DNA of 64,000 bases, from the NCBI GenBank assembly GCA_028713285.1, contig JAQTOP010000005.1:10682-74681 (forward strand), written 5' to 3'. Position numbers and translations under genes: made by a program. The DNA is from Terrimicrobiaceae bacterium (GTDB taxonomy: Bacteria > Verrucomicrobiota > Verrucomicrobiia > Chthoniobacterales > JAATET01). Shown here one piece after another: positions 26,396-34,974 of this stretch. Each line of letters begins with the position of its first letter. Position 1 is the first letter of the stretch. A model generated the notes under the pieces. That model made no database searches, had not been told where the DNA came from, and saw nothing but the letters and a program-made list of their open reading frames with translations.

Positions 26396-27526
26396 GTGTC
26401 CCAAAGCAATCCCGCCCGTCTGATCGTCGCCGCGAGCGAGTCGAATGCCGACCAGCTCTATGCCACGGGTTTTCATGCGCCCGATGCGTTCGCATTCGTC
26501 GAATCGGGCGGGCGCACCGCCATTTTGCTGAGCAATCTGGAAATTGATCGTGGCCGAAAACAGGCGCGCGTCGATGCCGTGGAGGCCTATGCCGACTACG
26601 AAGCGCTGGTGCGCCGCAGGAAAAAAGCCGAGCCGCAATTTGCGGAGGTGATCGCCGCATTCGCGAAGCGCCACAAGGCCGCGCGCCCGCTCGTGCCATC
26701 GGATTTCCCAGCGGGACTCGCGGGCCTATTGGCGAAATTGGGCGTCGCCGTGCGACCGGTCGAAGGCCATTTCTGGCCGCGTCGCGAAGTCAAGACGGCG
26801 GAGGAAATCCGCGCAATCGCGGCGGCGAGCCGCATCACGGAGACCGGACTGGACCGGGCGGTGGAAATCCTCCGGGCGAGCCGCATTCGCAAGGACAGGC
26901 GGCTCGAATGGGCCGGCGCGGTGCTCACCTCCGAACGCCTGCGCGCTGAGGCGGAGTCGGCGATGCTTTTCGCAGGCGGGTTCGCAATGAACAACTCGAT
27001 CGTCGCCGGCGGCGGGCAGGCGTGCGACCCGCATGAGCGCGGGCACGGGCCGCTCAAGGCGCACGAGCTGATCATTCTCGATATTTTTCCGCGGTCCGCG
27101 AAGAGCGGCTTCTATGGCGATCTCACGCGCACGGTCGTGCGCGGGCGGGCGGGCGAGGCGCAGCGGCAGATGTGGACCACCTGCCTCGAGGGGCAGCGCC
27201 GGGCTTTGAAGGCGCTTCGACCTGGTTCGGAGGGGAAGGCGATCCAGGACGCCATTCGCGAATTCTTTACGGAAAGCGGTTACCCGACGGAACAGCGCAA
27301 GGGCCGCTGGCAGGGATTCTTCCACGGGCTCGGGCACGGCCTCGGGCTCGATCTTCACGAGGAGCCGCGCATCGCGCGCACGACGCTGAGACCGGGGCAG
27401 GTGTTCACGGTCGAGCCGGGAATTTATGTTCCCGGCATCGGGGGCGTGCGGCATGAGGATGTCGTGGCGATCACGGCGGGCGGCCATCGCGTGCTCAGCC
27501 GATTCCCGAAACCGCTGGAAATCTGA
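26396..27526 (+). CDS. M24-family metallopeptidase (Xaa-Pro aminopeptidase/dipeptidase-like)
   Basis: C-terminal pita-bread fold blocks 'ILDIFPRSAKSGFYGDLTRT', 'HGLGHGLGLDLHEEP' and 'FTVEPGIYVPGIGGVRHEDVV'. Only the last ~376 codons of track ORF 25472..27526 are coding. The start (GTG 26396) is inferred. Confidence 0.8.
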   Translation: MSQSNPARLIVAASESNADQLYATGFHAPDAFAFVESGGRTAILLSNLEIDRGRKQARVDAVEAYADYEALVRRRKKAEPQFAEVIAAFAKRHKAARPLVPSDFPAGLAGLLAKLGVAVRPVEGHFWPRREVKTAEEIRAIAAASRITETGLDRAVEILRASRIRKDRRLEWAGAVLTSERLRAEAESAMLFAGGFAMNNSIVAGGGQACDPHERGHGPLKAHELIILDIFPRSAKSGFYGDLTRTVVRGRAGEAQRQMWTTCLEGQRRALKALRPGSEGKAIQDAIREFFTESGYPTEQRKGRWQGFFHGLGHGLGLDLHEEPRIARTTLRPGQVFTVEPGIYVPGIGGVRHEDVVAITAGGHRVLSRFPKPLEI

Positions 27527-27530
27527 CCCC

Positions 27531-28259
27531 GTGGCCGCCTCGCAACCGATCGATGAACCGGGTCAGGATGCCGCGCAGGTAAAGGCGTTCTTCGACCAGT
27601 GGGCGATCTACCGCAAGGTGCTCGAGTTCGATTATCTGCATCATCGCGCGGCGTATGCGGCCATTGGACGGGCGCTTGAGGAGCTTCCGCATCCGTTCTC
27701 GTTCCTGGACCTGGGCGCCGGGGATGCCGAATGCACTGTCGGCGCGCTGGCGGGAAAACCCCTCACGCGCTACGAGGCGGTCGATCTCTCGGCGGTCGCA
27801 TTGCGACTTGCCCGGAAACGCGCGGAGATGCTGCCGTGCGTGAAAAATTTCGTGCAGGCGGATTTCGTCGAGCACGTCCGCGCTTCGCGGGAGACATTCG
27901 ACGTCGTGTTCATCGGCCTGTCGTTCCACCACCTGCCGCAGGCGCACAAGCGCTCCTTCCTGCCGGAATTACGGCGGCTCGTCGCGCCGGGTGGACGGTT
28001 GATTGTCTATGAACCCATCCGGCGGGCGGGAGAGTCGCGCGAGGAAGCGCTCGCGCGCTGGTGGGAAGTGGCTCGCGCGACCTGGACGGCGCTCGCTCCG
28101 GACGAACTCGAGAAGGCGCGCGACCACGTGTTCGGCAATGACTACCCCGAGTCGGTCGATGCGTATGCCGGTTTGTTTTCCGAGGCGGGATTTGCCCGGC
28201 CGCGCGTGCTGTTCACCGATCCCGATGCGCTTTACGCCGGATTCGAGGCGGGCGTGTAG
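27531..28259 (+). CDS. Class I SAM-dependent methyltransferase
   Basis: Motif I 'FLDLGAGDAECT' and post-I/II 'FDVVFIGLSFHHL...LVAPGGRLIVYE'. The GTG start at 27531 follows the M24 peptidase stop. Confidence 0.7.
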   Translation: MAASQPIDEPGQDAAQVKAFFDQWAIYRKVLEFDYLHHRAAYAAIGRALEELPHPFSFLDLGAGDAECTVGALAGKPLTRYEAVDLSAVALRLARKRAEMLPCVKNFVQADFVEHVRASRETFDVVFIGLSFHHLPQAHKRSFLPELRRLVAPGGRLIVYEPIRRAGESREEALARWWEVARATWTALAPDELEKARDHVFGNDYPESVDAYAGLFSEAGFARPRVLFTDPDALYAGFEAGV

Positions 28260-28327
28260 CCGGTTTCGCTTGCGTTGAACGGGCTGGCGGGGATGGTTGT
28301 CATAAGTCCCAACAAATTTTTGCGCAT

Positions 28328-29029
28328 ATGATGCTTTGGATTCTTTTGATCGGTGTGCCCCTGCTGCTCGGCCTCATCGCGCAGGCGAAGGTTTCGTCGG
28401 CATTCAACAAATGGAAAAACGTTCGGGCCAGTTCCGGCGTGACCGGCGCGGAGGCCGCGCGGAAAATCCTGCGCGCCGCGAATATCAACGACGTCGATGT
28501 CGTGGAAATCAACGACATGCTCGGCGACCATTACGACCCGACGAAGAAGGTGCTCTGCCTTTCGTCCGACGTCTATAACACCCCGTCGGTCGCCGCGCTT
28601 GGCATCGCGGCGCACGAGGTGGGCCACGCCATTCAGCATGCGAAGGCCTACGCGCCGCTCCAGATGCGGATGGCGGTCGTTCCGGCGACGATGTTCGTGT
28701 CGCGTGCCCTGCCGATCCTCATTCTCGCAGGCTTCATTCTGCCCGCGATTCTGCATCTGCCCGGGATGATGTATCAGGTGATCGTGCTCGTCGCGATCTG
28801 CTACGGCGTCCTCGCGGTGTTCCAGTTGATCACGCTGCCGGTCGAGTTCGACGCGTCGCGCCGCGCCAAGATCATCCTCGGCCAGATGGGGCTCGTGCAG
28901 CCCGGCGCTGAAGCGGCGGGCGTGAACAACGTGCTGGATTCCGCCGCGCTCACCTACCTTGCGGCCTTCGTGGCAGTGCTTGGCCAGTTGCTTTACTGGG
29001 TGTTGATTTTGATGGGCAATCGCCGGTGA
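28328..29029 (+). CDS. Membrane zinc metallopeptidase (YugP / Zn_peptidase_2 family)
   Basis: 'GDHYDPTKKVLCLS...VYNTPSVAALGIAAHEVGHAIQH' (HExxH) plus N- and C-terminal TM helices and 'LPVEFDASRRA'. Confidence 0.8.
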   Translation: MMLWILLIGVPLLLGLIAQAKVSSAFNKWKNVRASSGVTGAEAARKILRAANINDVDVVEINDMLGDHYDPTKKVLCLSSDVYNTPSVAALGIAAHEVGHAIQHAKAYAPLQMRMAVVPATMFVSRALPILILAGFILPAILHLPGMMYQVIVLVAICYGVLAVFQLITLPVEFDASRRAKIILGQMGLVQPGAEAAGVNNVLDSAALTYLAAFVAVLGQLLYWVLILMGNRR

Positions 29030-29838
29030 GCAGGGCCTCCGGGCCGCCGGTTGTCCTGACCATCGCCGGCTCCGACAACTCCGGCGGCGCGGGGCTGCAG
29101 GCGGACTTGAAGACGATCACGGCGCTCGGCGGCTATGCGCTAACAGCGGTGACGTGCGTGGTGGCCGAGGTGCCGGGAAAGGTTTCGATGATCCAGCCGG
29201 TCCGCGCGGCGGTCGTGGCGGAGCAGGTGCGGCTGTGCTTCGCGGCCTTCCCGGTCGGCGCGGTGAAAACGGGGATGCTGCACTCGGCGGCGATCATCGA
29301 AGCGGTGATCGATGCGCTGCTGGCGGCTGCGGCGCGCAGCGGGACGAAGCCGGCACTGGTGGTCGATCCCGTGATGGTCGCCTCGAGCGGCGATCTTTTG
29401 CTCAAGCCTTCGGCCGTGCTTGCCTGCCGCAGACATCTGCTGCCGCTCGCCACGCTCGTCACACCGAACCTCAACGAACTCGAGGTGCTCGCGGGCAGGC
29501 GCATTGCGAACCTCCGCGAGATGGAGGCGGCCGGCGCGAAACTCGCCGCTGAATTCGGAGCGGCTTTCCTTCTGAAGGGTGGCCACTTGCGCGGGCGCGA
29601 GGCCGTCGATGTGCTGGTGGAGCCGGGCGGGCGCGGCGAGCGATTCGTTGCGCCCTTCATTCGGGGCGCGGATCCCCATGGCACCGGATGCACGTATTCG
29701 GCGGCGATTGCGACCGGCCTGGCGCGCGGCGCTTCGCTGTGCGAGGCGGTGGGCGGCGCAAAGGAATTCATCACGCGAGCCATCGCACGGCGGCACCGTT
29801 GGGGGAGCACGGAAATCCTCGCGCATGACAGACCTTGA
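29026..29838 (+). CDS. thiD: Hydroxymethylpyrimidine/phosphomethylpyrimidine kinase
   Basis: 'VLTIAGSDNSGGAGLQADLKT', 'VKTGML', 'VVDPVMVASSGD', 'VTPNLNELEVL' and 'GTGCTYSAAIATGLARG'. Confidence 0.9.
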   Translation: MSRASGPPVVLTIAGSDNSGGAGLQADLKTITALGGYALTAVTCVVAEVPGKVSMIQPVRAAVVAEQVRLCFAAFPVGAVKTGMLHSAAIIEAVIDALLAAAARSGTKPALVVDPVMVASSGDLLLKPSAVLACRRHLLPLATLVTPNLNELEVLAGRRIANLREMEAAGAKLAAEFGAAFLLKGGHLRGREAVDVLVEPGGRGERFVAPFIRGADPHGTGCTYSAAIATGLARGASLCEAVGGAKEFITRAIARRHRWGSTEILAHDRP

Positions 29839-29871
29839 CGGGCTTGCGGAAACCCATCTCGGTCATCTGTT

Positions 29872-30522
29872 TTACAAGCCGGGATTTTCCAGCTTGGTGC
29901 CGGTTTCGAATTCCTTGGGAATCGTCGCTCCGGATTGGGCGCCGGCGGGATCCCACCAAATGCGGGCGATCCTTTGCCAGGTCGTCGCTTCGTAGGGGAA
30001 TGCCGTGCCTGCCTTGAGTTTGTTTCGCAGGGAGCGCCGGACCTCGTAGGGTGAGTGGGCGTGGTCGGAGTCCTTCAGGTCCGGTGCGTAGAGCAGGAAA
30101 TTGCCGGGAAACTGCCACTCGAATTTGAAGAAGCCGTATTTGCCGAGCGTCGATGATCCTGTGGTCTGATCCTCAAACGAGAGGTAGTAGCGCGAGTCCA
30201 CCCGGGAGATCCAGCCGAGGAACTTCGATGTCTCCGCGGGCTTCTTGCTGAAGTCGCGATAATAAATGACGTAGTGATTCGCGTCGAGCGGGAGCACCGC
30301 AATCCGCTGGATGCTGTAATCCTCCGGCTTGAGAACCACGCCAGGTTTGGGTTTCCCCGGTGGAGGCTCACGAAACTCGAAGACGCCCAGCAGGCGGGTG
30401 TCGATGTTCGGCGATGTCACCGCATGGGGACTCGTGAGCGGAAAGTCGAGCAGGCAGCCTGCAAGGCAGAGTGGCAGCAGTGCGAGCAGGAGCAGCGCGA
30501 GCGGGTTGCGAGGCATATTCAT
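29872..30522 (-). CDS. Hypothetical lipoprotein
   Basis: Lipobox 'LLLALLPLCLAGC' follows MNMPRNPL (30522). It lies downstream of glgC on the same strand. No family recognised. Confidence 0.55.
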   Translation of the reverse strand: MNMPRNPLALLLLALLPLCLAGCLLDFPLTSPHAVTSPNIDTRLLGVFEFREPPPGKPKPGVVLKPEDYSIQRIAVLPLDANHYVIYYRDFSKKPAETSKFLGWISRVDSRYYLSFEDQTTGSSTLGKYGFFKFEWQFPGNFLLYAPDLKDSDHAHSPYEVRRSLRNKLKAGTAFPYEATTWQRIARIWWDPAGAQSGATIPKEFETGTKLENPGL

Positions 30523-30566
30523 TTTCGGCCGGCCGGCGGGGCGCCGGTCAGCCGCGAGCACTCTCG

Positions 30567-31859
30567 TCAAATCCATGTGCCCGGAGCAATCACGGAGTTC
30601 TTTGGAATCACCACAATGCCGTCGCGCACGTAGTAACCGTTGCCGTCGGCGTCCTGGGACTTGCCTTCGGGGGTGATCACGACGCCGTCGCCGATGCGGG
30701 CGTTCTTGTCGATGATGGCATGGTCGATGATGCAATTCGCCCCGATGCCGATGGGCGGCGCGCCGACGGGAGCGTCATGCACGTCATCTTCGTAAAAGTC
30801 GGCGCCCATGAGAATCGTGTTTTTTACGGTCGAACCGGAACGGATGATGCTGCGGATGCCGACCAGGCAGCGCTCGAGCTTCGCATCGAGAATATGGCTC
30901 CCGTCGGAGATGATGGCGCGGTCAATCGTGCTGCCGCGCACAATGCTCGCCGGCAGGAATCGCGGCTGCGTGTAGGTCGGGCGGCCGGCGACGTAGAATC
31001 GGTAGGCCGGGTTCTCGTCGGCGAGATTGAGATTCGCCTCGAAGAATGCACGGATCGTGCCGATGTCCTCCCAGTAGCCCTGGAAAATGTAGGCATCGAC
31101 CTTCAATCGGTCGATGGCGCCGGGAATCACGTTTTTCCCGAAATCGACGAGGTCGTTGTCGAGGCAATCGATCAGCACGTCGCGGTTGAAGACGTAGATG
31201 CCCATCGAGGCTTGAAAAAGTTTCGCGCCGGGCGCCTGGCCGATGGTCTCGAGCAGGTCCGGCGGAATGCGCAGCGACTCCTGCATCGCGGGATCCTTCG
31301 GTTTCTCGACGAACCGGATGATGCGCCGTTGCTCGTCGGTCTGCATGATTCCGAAGTCGTGCGCCACGGCGCCGTCCACCGGGATGGTCGCGATGGTGAG
31401 ATCCGACTTCGTCTCGATGTGCTGCCGCAGGATGTCGCGGTAATCCATGCGGTAGAGCTGGTCGCCGCTCAGGACGATGAAGTAATCCCACGGCCGCTGC
31501 AGGAAATAGCGCATGTTCTGCCGCACCGCGTCGGCCGTTCCCTGATACCAGTGGGAGCCTTCGGGCGTCTGCTGCGCGGCGAGGATTTCCACGAAGCTCG
31601 GCGAAAAATGGTCGAACTTATACGTCGCGTTGATGTGGCTGTGCAGCGACGTGCTGTTGAACTGCGTGAGCACATACATGCCGCGGATGCCGGAGTTCAG
31701 GCAATTGCTGATCGGGATATCGACGAGGCGATACTTGCCGCCTAGCGGCACCGCGGGTTTCGCACGTTCCTTGGTGAGCGGAAAGAGTCTCGTGCCCGCG
31801 CCGCCGCCCATGATGATGGCGAGGGTGCGGCTGGCAGGGGGAATCAAGGGCACGCTCAT
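30567..31859 (-). CDS. glgC: Glucose-1-phosphate adenylyltransferase
   Basis: 'AIIMGGGAGTRLFPLTKERAKPAVPLGGKYRLVDIPISNCLNSG', 'WYQGTADAV' and 'FVEKP', plus a C-terminal left-handed beta-helix. The likely start is the M at 31859. Confidence 0.9.
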   Translation of the reverse strand: MSVPLIPPASRTLAIIMGGGAGTRLFPLTKERAKPAVPLGGKYRLVDIPISNCLNSGIRGMYVLTQFNSTSLHSHINATYKFDHFSPSFVEILAAQQTPEGSHWYQGTADAVRQNMRYFLQRPWDYFIVLSGDQLYRMDYRDILRQHIETKSDLTIATIPVDGAVAHDFGIMQTDEQRRIIRFVEKPKDPAMQESLRIPPDLLETIGQAPGAKLFQASMGIYVFNRDVLIDCLDNDLVDFGKNVIPGAIDRLKVDAYIFQGYWEDIGTIRAFFEANLNLADENPAYRFYVAGRPTYTQPRFLPASIVRGSTIDRAIISDGSHILDAKLERCLVGIRSIIRSGSTVKNTILMGADFYEDDVHDAPVGAPPIGIGANCIIDHAIIDKNARIGDGVVITPEGKSQDADGNGYYVRDGIVVIPKNSVIAPGTWI

Positions 31860-32031
31860 GGGCTGGACGAAGGGAAAATCGGGAGTCAGCTTCATTCTGC
31901 CCACGCCCGTTCGCTTTGTCAGCACTGCATTTCCGGGGAACGCAATCTGCCTGCGCGATACACCGCGCCGCGCAGGGCGCCGAAATTAAATCGGTGTAAA
32001 TCCGGCCAATCTGTGGATCATCTCGAGATTC

Positions 32032-33879
32032 ATGTGTGGCATCGTTGGTTACGTCGGCAGGGCCGAGGCTCCCCGGGCGCTACTTCAGGGGTTGAGGCGG
32101 CTGGAGTATCGGGGGTATGACTCGGCGGGCATTGCCACGCTGAATGGCGCGGGCATTGCCGTCCGCAAATCGGTTGGGCGGATCGCCGATCTCGAGCGCC
32201 TCGTCGCCGAGAAGCCGATCCACGGACACACCGGCATCTGCCACACGCGCTGGGCGACGCACGGGGCGGTCACGCAGGAGAACGCACATCCGCACTTCGA
32301 TCAATCGGGCCGCCTCGCCATCGTCCACAATGGAGTGATCGAGAATTACCTCGATCTCCGCGCCGCGCTCGAGGAGGAGGGCCACGTCTTCCGTTCGCAA
32401 ACGGATACCGAAGTCCTCGCGCATCTCGTCGGCCGGGAGTTCGACCGGCAGCCGGCGCACACCAAGGGCGCCCTCGTCGAGGCCCTTCGCACCGCGCTCG
32501 GGCAGGTGATCGGCACGTATGGCATCGCGATGATCCATCAGGATGTGCCCGGCGTGCTCATCGGCGCGCGCCGCGGCAGCCCGCTCGTGCTCGGCATCGG
32601 CAAGGGGGAGAACCTCCTTGCCAGCGATGCCGCCGCCATGGTGAGCCACACCCGCGACGTGGTCTATTTGAAGGACTACGAACTCGCCGCCCTCGACGCC
32701 GACGGCTTCCAGATCACCACCCTCCAGGGCGATGGCGCGGGCTACGAGATCAGCCAGGTCGAATACACCGAGAAGGACGTCAGCAAGGGCGACTACCCGC
32801 ACTACATGCTCAAGGAAATCTTCGAGCAATCGGGCACCGTGCGCGACGCGATGCGCGGGCGGCTTGTCCTCGACGAAGCGACGGCCAAGCTCGGCGGACT
32901 CGAAATGTCCAATGCCGAGCTGCGCGACGTCGAGCGGGTCGTCATCACCGGCTGCGGCACGGCGCTCCACGCCGGCATGGTGGGCGAATACATGATCGAA
33001 ACCCTTGCGCACATCCCGGTGGAGTGCGAATTCGCGAGCGAGCTGCGCTACCGCAATCTGCCGCTGCCGAAGGACACCCTCGTCTTCGCCATCAGCCAGA
33101 GCGGCGAGACCGCCGACACGCTCGCCGCGCTCCGCGAGAGCCAGCGCAAGGGGCACCGCACCCTCGGCATCTGCAACAACGTCGGCTCGACCATCGCCCG
33201 CGAGAGCGACGGCGGAGTTTACATGCACGCCGGACCGGAGATCGGCGTCGCCGCGACGAAATCCTTCACCTCGCAGCTCGTCGTCCAGGCCCTCATCGCG
33301 CTGCTGCTGGGGCGCCTCACGCACCTCTCGCACAGCGAGGGGCTCAACATCATCCGCGAACTCGACAAGCTGCCGGACAAAGTGGCGAAGGCCCTCGAAC
33401 TCAACGACGAGATCGCCCGCATCGCCAGGAAGTATGCGCAGGCGAAGGTGATGCTCTTCATGGGCCGGCAGTTCAACTACCCGATCGCCCTCGAGGGCGC
33501 GCTCAAGGTCAAGGAGACCAGCTACATCGCGGCCTCCGCCCACCCGAGCGCGGAGTTGAAGCACGGCGTGATCGCGCTCATTGACGAGGCGACACCCTCG
33601 GTTTTCATCGCGCCGCGCGACGCGGTCTTCGAAAAAAACCTCAGCAACATCGAGGAAGTGAAGGCGCGCAAGGGTCCGGTGATCGCCATCGGCACCGAGG
33701 GCGACGACCACCTCGGCCACGTCGCGGACGACGTGATCCTGGTCCCCGAGGCCCCGGATTTCCTCACCCCGATTCTGACGGTGCTCCCCCTGCAGCTCCT
33801 CGCCTATCACATCGCCGTCGAACTCGGCCGCGACGTGGACAAACCGCGCAACCTCGCAAAGAGCGTTACGGTCGAGTAG
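32032..33879 (+). CDS. glmS: Glutamine--fructose-6-phosphate aminotransferase (isomerizing)
   Basis: N-terminal nucleophile 'MCGIVGY', then 'RLEYRGYDSAG', 'HTRWATHG' and SIS domains 'ISQSGETADT'. The C-terminal 'AKSVTVE' is canonical. Confidence 0.95.
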   Translation: MCGIVGYVGRAEAPRALLQGLRRLEYRGYDSAGIATLNGAGIAVRKSVGRIADLERLVAEKPIHGHTGICHTRWATHGAVTQENAHPHFDQSGRLAIVHNGVIENYLDLRAALEEEGHVFRSQTDTEVLAHLVGREFDRQPAHTKGALVEALRTALGQVIGTYGIAMIHQDVPGVLIGARRGSPLVLGIGKGENLLASDAAAMVSHTRDVVYLKDYELAALDADGFQITTLQGDGAGYEISQVEYTEKDVSKGDYPHYMLKEIFEQSGTVRDAMRGRLVLDEATAKLGGLEMSNAELRDVERVVITGCGTALHAGMVGEYMIETLAHIPVECEFASELRYRNLPLPKDTLVFAISQSGETADTLAALRESQRKGHRTLGICNNVGSTIARESDGGVYMHAGPEIGVAATKSFTSQLVVQALIALLLGRLTHLSHSEGLNIIRELDKLPDKVAKALELNDEIARIARKYAQAKVMLFMGRQFNYPIALEGALKVKETSYIAASAHPSAELKHGVIALIDEATPSVFIAPRDAVFEKNLSNIEEVKARKGPVIAIGTEGDDHLGHVADDVILVPEAPDFLTPILTVLPLQLLAYHIAVELGRDVDKPRNLAKSVTVE

Positions 33880-33909
33880 GGCGACTGCGGAGCTTGGTGA
33901 ACGAAGGTC

Positions 33910-34467
33910 TTGCTCGATTTCGCGCGCAGCCCAGCGGTTGACTTTCCGGCGCGACCGTTTCAAGCGCTCCTGCGAAGGGACACTCGTAACCGCTACGCGC
34001 TCTTCGCGAAGAAGGCCGATGGCGAGGGCTTCCCGCAGGTCGCGAAGCTCTTCCGGGCCGCCGCTGCGGCGGAGGCCATCCACCGGGAAACGCACAAGGC
34101 GGCCATCGTTGAACTTGGGGGGCGGATCGAAAACTTCCAACTCGCCGAGGTGGTTCCCGCCAGCACGGCAGAGAACCTTCGCGCGGCAATCAAGGGCGAA
34201 ACGTACGAACGCGACACGATGTATCCGGAATTTCTCAAAGCCGCGAAAGCGGACGAGGCGACCGCCGCGATCCGCAGCTTCACCTTCGCTGTGACCGCAG
34301 AGAAGGAGCATGCGAAGCTTTACCAGCAGGCGCTCGACCAGCTCGGGAAGAACCCGCCAGCCGACTATTTTGTGTGCCAGGTGTGCGGAATGACCCTCAC
34401 CGCGCTGCCCGCAAAGCGCTGTCCGTCCTGCCGGGCCAGTCGCGACGAATACAAACAAATCACTTGA
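33910..34467 (+). CDS. Rubrerythrin (diiron four-helix bundle plus C-terminal rubredoxin-like CxxC...CxxC)
   Basis: 'RNRYALFAKKADGEGF', 'AEAIH', 'GETYERDTMYP', 'AEKEH' and 'CQVCG...CPSC'. The 5' end is uncertain. The track start is TTG, and the first Glu ligand is absent in this frame (see finding). Confidence 0.8.
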   Translation: MLDFARSPAVDFPARPFQALLRRDTRNRYALFAKKADGEGFPQVAKLFRAAAAAEAIHRETHKAAIVELGGRIENFQLAEVVPASTAENLRAAIKGETYERDTMYPEFLKAAKADEATAAIRSFTFAVTAEKEHAKLYQQALDQLGKNPPADYFVCQVCGMTLTALPAKRCPSCRASRDEYKQIT

Positions 34468-34476
34468 GGCAATCCG

Positions 34477-34653
34477 ATGTTTCCGCTCCCGAACCCACTG
34501 CACCCCGCCATCGTTCACTTCCCCATCGTGCTGATTCTATTCGGCACGGTGGTGGCGGTGACCGCGGTCTTCCTTCGACGCTGGTTTCTGCCCTGGGTGG
34601 CCGCGGACCTGCTGGTATGCGGCGCGGCGGGCGCCCTCGCCGCGACGTGGTGA
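34477..34653 (+). pseudogene. Truncated DUF2231-like membrane protein fragment (58 codons)
   Basis: Manual translation gives MFPLPNPLHPAIVHFPIVLILFGTVVAVTAVFLRRWFLPWVAADLLVCGAAGALAATW*. The 'LHPxxVHFPI' motif and two TM helices match the N-terminus of DUF2231 proteins, which are normally about 3 times longer. Not in the ORF track. Confidence 0.45.
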
Positions 34654-34662
34654 AGGCCGGAC

Positions 34663-34974
34663 ATGAGCAGCCTCCTCCGCATCGCCGATCTGGAAATTGA
34701 TCTCCGCTCGCGCATCGTCAAAAGAGTCGGACACGAAATCGCGCTGACCAATCGCGAATTTTCATTGCTCGAAACGCTCGCCGAAGCGTCACCGCGCCAT
34801 GTCACAAAGACGACTCTCGTCGAGCGGGCGTGGGATCAATACTTCGACTCCGGGACGAACGTGCTGAACGTTTACATCAGCTACCTGCGAAAGAAAATCG
34901 ATCTGCCCGGGCTGCCGCCGTTGCTCCACACGGTGCGCGGAATCGGCTTCGCGCTCCGGGAGAGCAGAGAGTGA
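34663..34974 (+). CDS. OmpR/PhoB-type winged-helix DNA-binding domain protein lacking a receiver domain
   Basis: The 103-aa product starts exactly at the effector domain ('LRIADLEIDLRSRIVKRVGHEIALTNREFSLLETL...NVLNVYISYLRKKID...LHTVRGIGFAL'). There is no REC domain or phospho-Asp region upstream. It overlaps the downstream kinase-like gene (GTGA). Confidence 0.7.
   Translation: MSSLLRIADLEIDLRSRIVKRVGHEIALTNREFSLLETLAEASPRHVTKTTLVERAWDQYFDSGTNVLNVYISYLRKKIDLPGLPPLLHTVRGIGFALRESRE

Noticed and set aside
25472-27526. A single 684-aa protein as listed in the ORF track
   Set aside because: Only the last ~376 codons show M24 peptidase homology. The N-terminal ~300 codons are antisense to prmA and have shadow-like composition, so the gene was shortened to 26396..27526.
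29000-29040. TPP riboswitch upstream of thiD
   Set aside because: The thiD start overlaps the stop of the upstream zinc peptidase gene, which leaves no leader region.
31926-32031. Possible glmS ribozyme / riboswitch upstream of glmS
   Set aside because: The spacer is only ~105 nt, shorter than the ~170-nt ribozyme, and I could not find the conserved glmS ribozyme core sequences. This element is also mainly found in Firmicutes.
32080-34518. 812-aa ORF antisense to glmS and rubrerythrin
   Set aside because: glmS on the + strand is unambiguous (MCGIVGY...AKSVTVE). The antisense product has no motifs and a biased composition.
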